Shown here: positions 62,701 to 64,000 of the stretch, piece by piece
Layout: each line of letters begins with the position of its first letter
How positions within the stretch are numbered: the first letter of the stretch is position 1
From: Acidimicrobiia bacterium
GTDB taxonomy: Bacteria > Actinomycetota > Acidimicrobiia > Spongiisociales > ZC4RG35
Assembly (NCBI GenBank): GCA_965203555.1
Contig: CBDBCY010000004.1
Coordinates: 1,632,001-1,696,000 of the forward strand
Reading direction: 5' to 3'
Length of the DNA: 64,000 bases
The notes under the pieces: model-generated
Told to the model about the DNA's origin: nothing
Database searches by the model: none
What the model saw: the letters and a program-made list of their open reading frames with translations, nothing else
Position numbers and translations under genes: made by a program

Positions 62701-64000
62701 CTAGCCGCGCCTCCACCAACGACCCTTCTGGCGCAGTGGCCGGTTGAGGAAACTCTCCAGGCTTTTTCGGTGCAGCACCGTCCGATCACCGCCGCTGGCG
62801 GCTTCGTCTATAAGGGTGGAGGGGAGGTCGTCCCAGGCGAAGGCGCGCCTGCCGAAGGCGTCCCGCTGTTCCCAGACTATGACGTTGTTCCCGTCGACGG
62901 TCCACCCGGTAGGACTGTCGCCTTCCCGCTTGGCGTAAGCCGACAGTCTCAGCAGGGCGAGGACCCGGTCTCTGACCCGGTCGTAACGTTTGTCGGCGTA
63001 GTCGAGCCAGGTTACTTCTCGGCACCAGTGCGGCGGGGGCCCCTCGGTCGCTTCCGTCAGAATGGCGCCGAGCACCGACGACGAGACCGCCAACCAGTCC
63101 TCGGGAAGACGGTCCAGTTCCAGGCGCTCCATGACATCCGACAGGTAGCGTCGGTAGAGGTGACCGGTCAGTCCTCCCCGGATTTGCTGGACGTCACCCT
63201 GAAGGGTTTGCCGGAGACCTTCCTTGTGAGCGGGAAGGGCGGTGGTGGTGTAGATCATCATGCTGCGTTTGGCGATCTCGTCGGGAAAGGAGTGCGGCTC
63301 GGCGTTCATCGACAGGACGAACCCGGGGTACTCGGTCACCGAGGGCGGCAGCTCGTCTTTGATCATGTCCTTGCCGTGCTGGTTGAAGGCTCTCCTGCCC
63401 ACGTCGTCGAAGACCACCGGGTGACGCCGGTAGGCGTGCTGCAGACCGCGCAGTTGGGCGGTGGTGAACCCCCTCTTGTCGACCGTGTGGGGGCGACCGA
63501 ACATGGAAGTCGTCAGGGTATCCACCAGGCTGGTCTTGCCGCAATTGGACTTGCCGAAGATGATGGCGAAGCTGGGATAGCGAACCACGTCGCTGTCCCG
63601 CAGATGCGCCAGTGAACGGAGGTCGCAGATGAAGGGCGAGAAATACAGCCAGGCCATCAGAGTGAAATAGTCACGCTGCAGAGTGGGTACGTCACCCTCG
63701 AACGCCCCCTCGTAGTTTGCGAAGAAGTCCAGAATCAGCCTGGCGTCGGAACGGACCGACGGGTCGTCCCGGCGGAGGGAAAAGTCCTCTCCGGACAACA
63801 CCGCCCTGCCGTTGCTTCTGTCTATCGAGAAGTAGCGAGTGTCCGCTTGGTCGCTCGATTTGACGAGACGAATGCGGCTCAGTTCCCTCTTGACGATCGG
63901 GGTGATCCTCTGCTTCCCGGCCCGGAAGGTCGGGATGGCCGCGGCCAGGCGCGGCTTCAACACGGCAGCCACCTTCTCCACCCGCTCCATCTGTACCGGC
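62701..64000 (-). CDS. P-loop-containing protein, 5' end outside window; resembles the C-terminal half of PLD/NgoFVII-domain fusion proteins
   Basis: WLYFSPFICDLR, IFGKSNCGKTSL (Walker A), VVFDD, IKDE, YPGFVLSMN. Confidence 0.6.
   Translation of the reverse strand, partial: PVQMERVEKVAAVLKPRLAAAIPTFRAGKQRITPIVKRELSRIRLVKSSDQADTRYFSIDRSNGRAVLSGEDFSLRRDDPSVRSDARLILDFFANYEGAFEGDVPTLQRDYFTLMAWLYFSPFICDLRSLAHLRDSDVVRYPSFAIIFGKSNCGKTSLVDTLTTSMFGRPHTVDKRGFTTAQLRGLQHAYRRHPVVFDDVGRRAFNQHGKDMIKDELPPSVTEYPGFVLSMNAEPHSFPDEIAKRSMMIYTTTALPAHKEGLRQTLQGDVQQIRGGLTGHLYRRYLSDVMERLELDRLPEDWLAVSSSVLGAILTEATEGPPPHWCREVTWLDYADKRYDRVRDRVLALLRLSAYAKREGDSPTGWTVDGNNVIVWEQRDAFGRRAFAWDDLPSTLIDEAASGGDRTVLHRKSLESFLNRPLRQKGRWWRRG

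Overview
GC-rich bacterial window. Gene content and promoter motifs point to Actinomycetota, possibly Acidimicrobiia (inference). Left part (1-20 kb) is accessory: an AlbA_2/Schlafen-ATPase gene, two decaying metabolic pseudogenes behind a probable ISL3 scar, an iron-siderophore-type ABC/MATE operon with a Fur-like box, YihY, a D-amino-acid dehydrogenase, two SLC13/TrkA-C permeases, tRNA-Arg(ACG), a VOC gene and a DUF5678-like gene with an aspartyl-protease pseudogene. The middle (20-42 kb) is mostly core: ppk1-pstSCAB-phoU-regX3/senX3-like cluster with a PHO box, an acyl-CoA dehydrogenase frameshifted by a 29-bp duplication, fabF, trmL, an AAA ATPase, a DUF222-HNH gene with a PafBC-type promoter, and a methyltransferase-nuclease-like fusion. 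The right part (41.6-64 kb) is a defence island: DUF4160/DUF2442 genes, a DISARM/ARMADA-related operon (YprA-like DUF1998 helicase, SNF2 helicase, type IIG-like N6-methyltransferase, DUF3644), an Hhe-like helicase-nuclease flanked by ~160-bp direct repeats, a putative toxin pair and a partial P-loop protein. Top observation: the methyltransferase carries a compound tetranucleotide microsatellite, (AGTC)7(AGAC)12, directly upstream of three tandem diverged copies of a ~40-aa module that lie in two different reading frames. Repeat-number changes could act as a three-state switch (OFF / module A / modules B+C) rather than simple ON/OFF. Family assignments come from motif recognition only; no searches were run.
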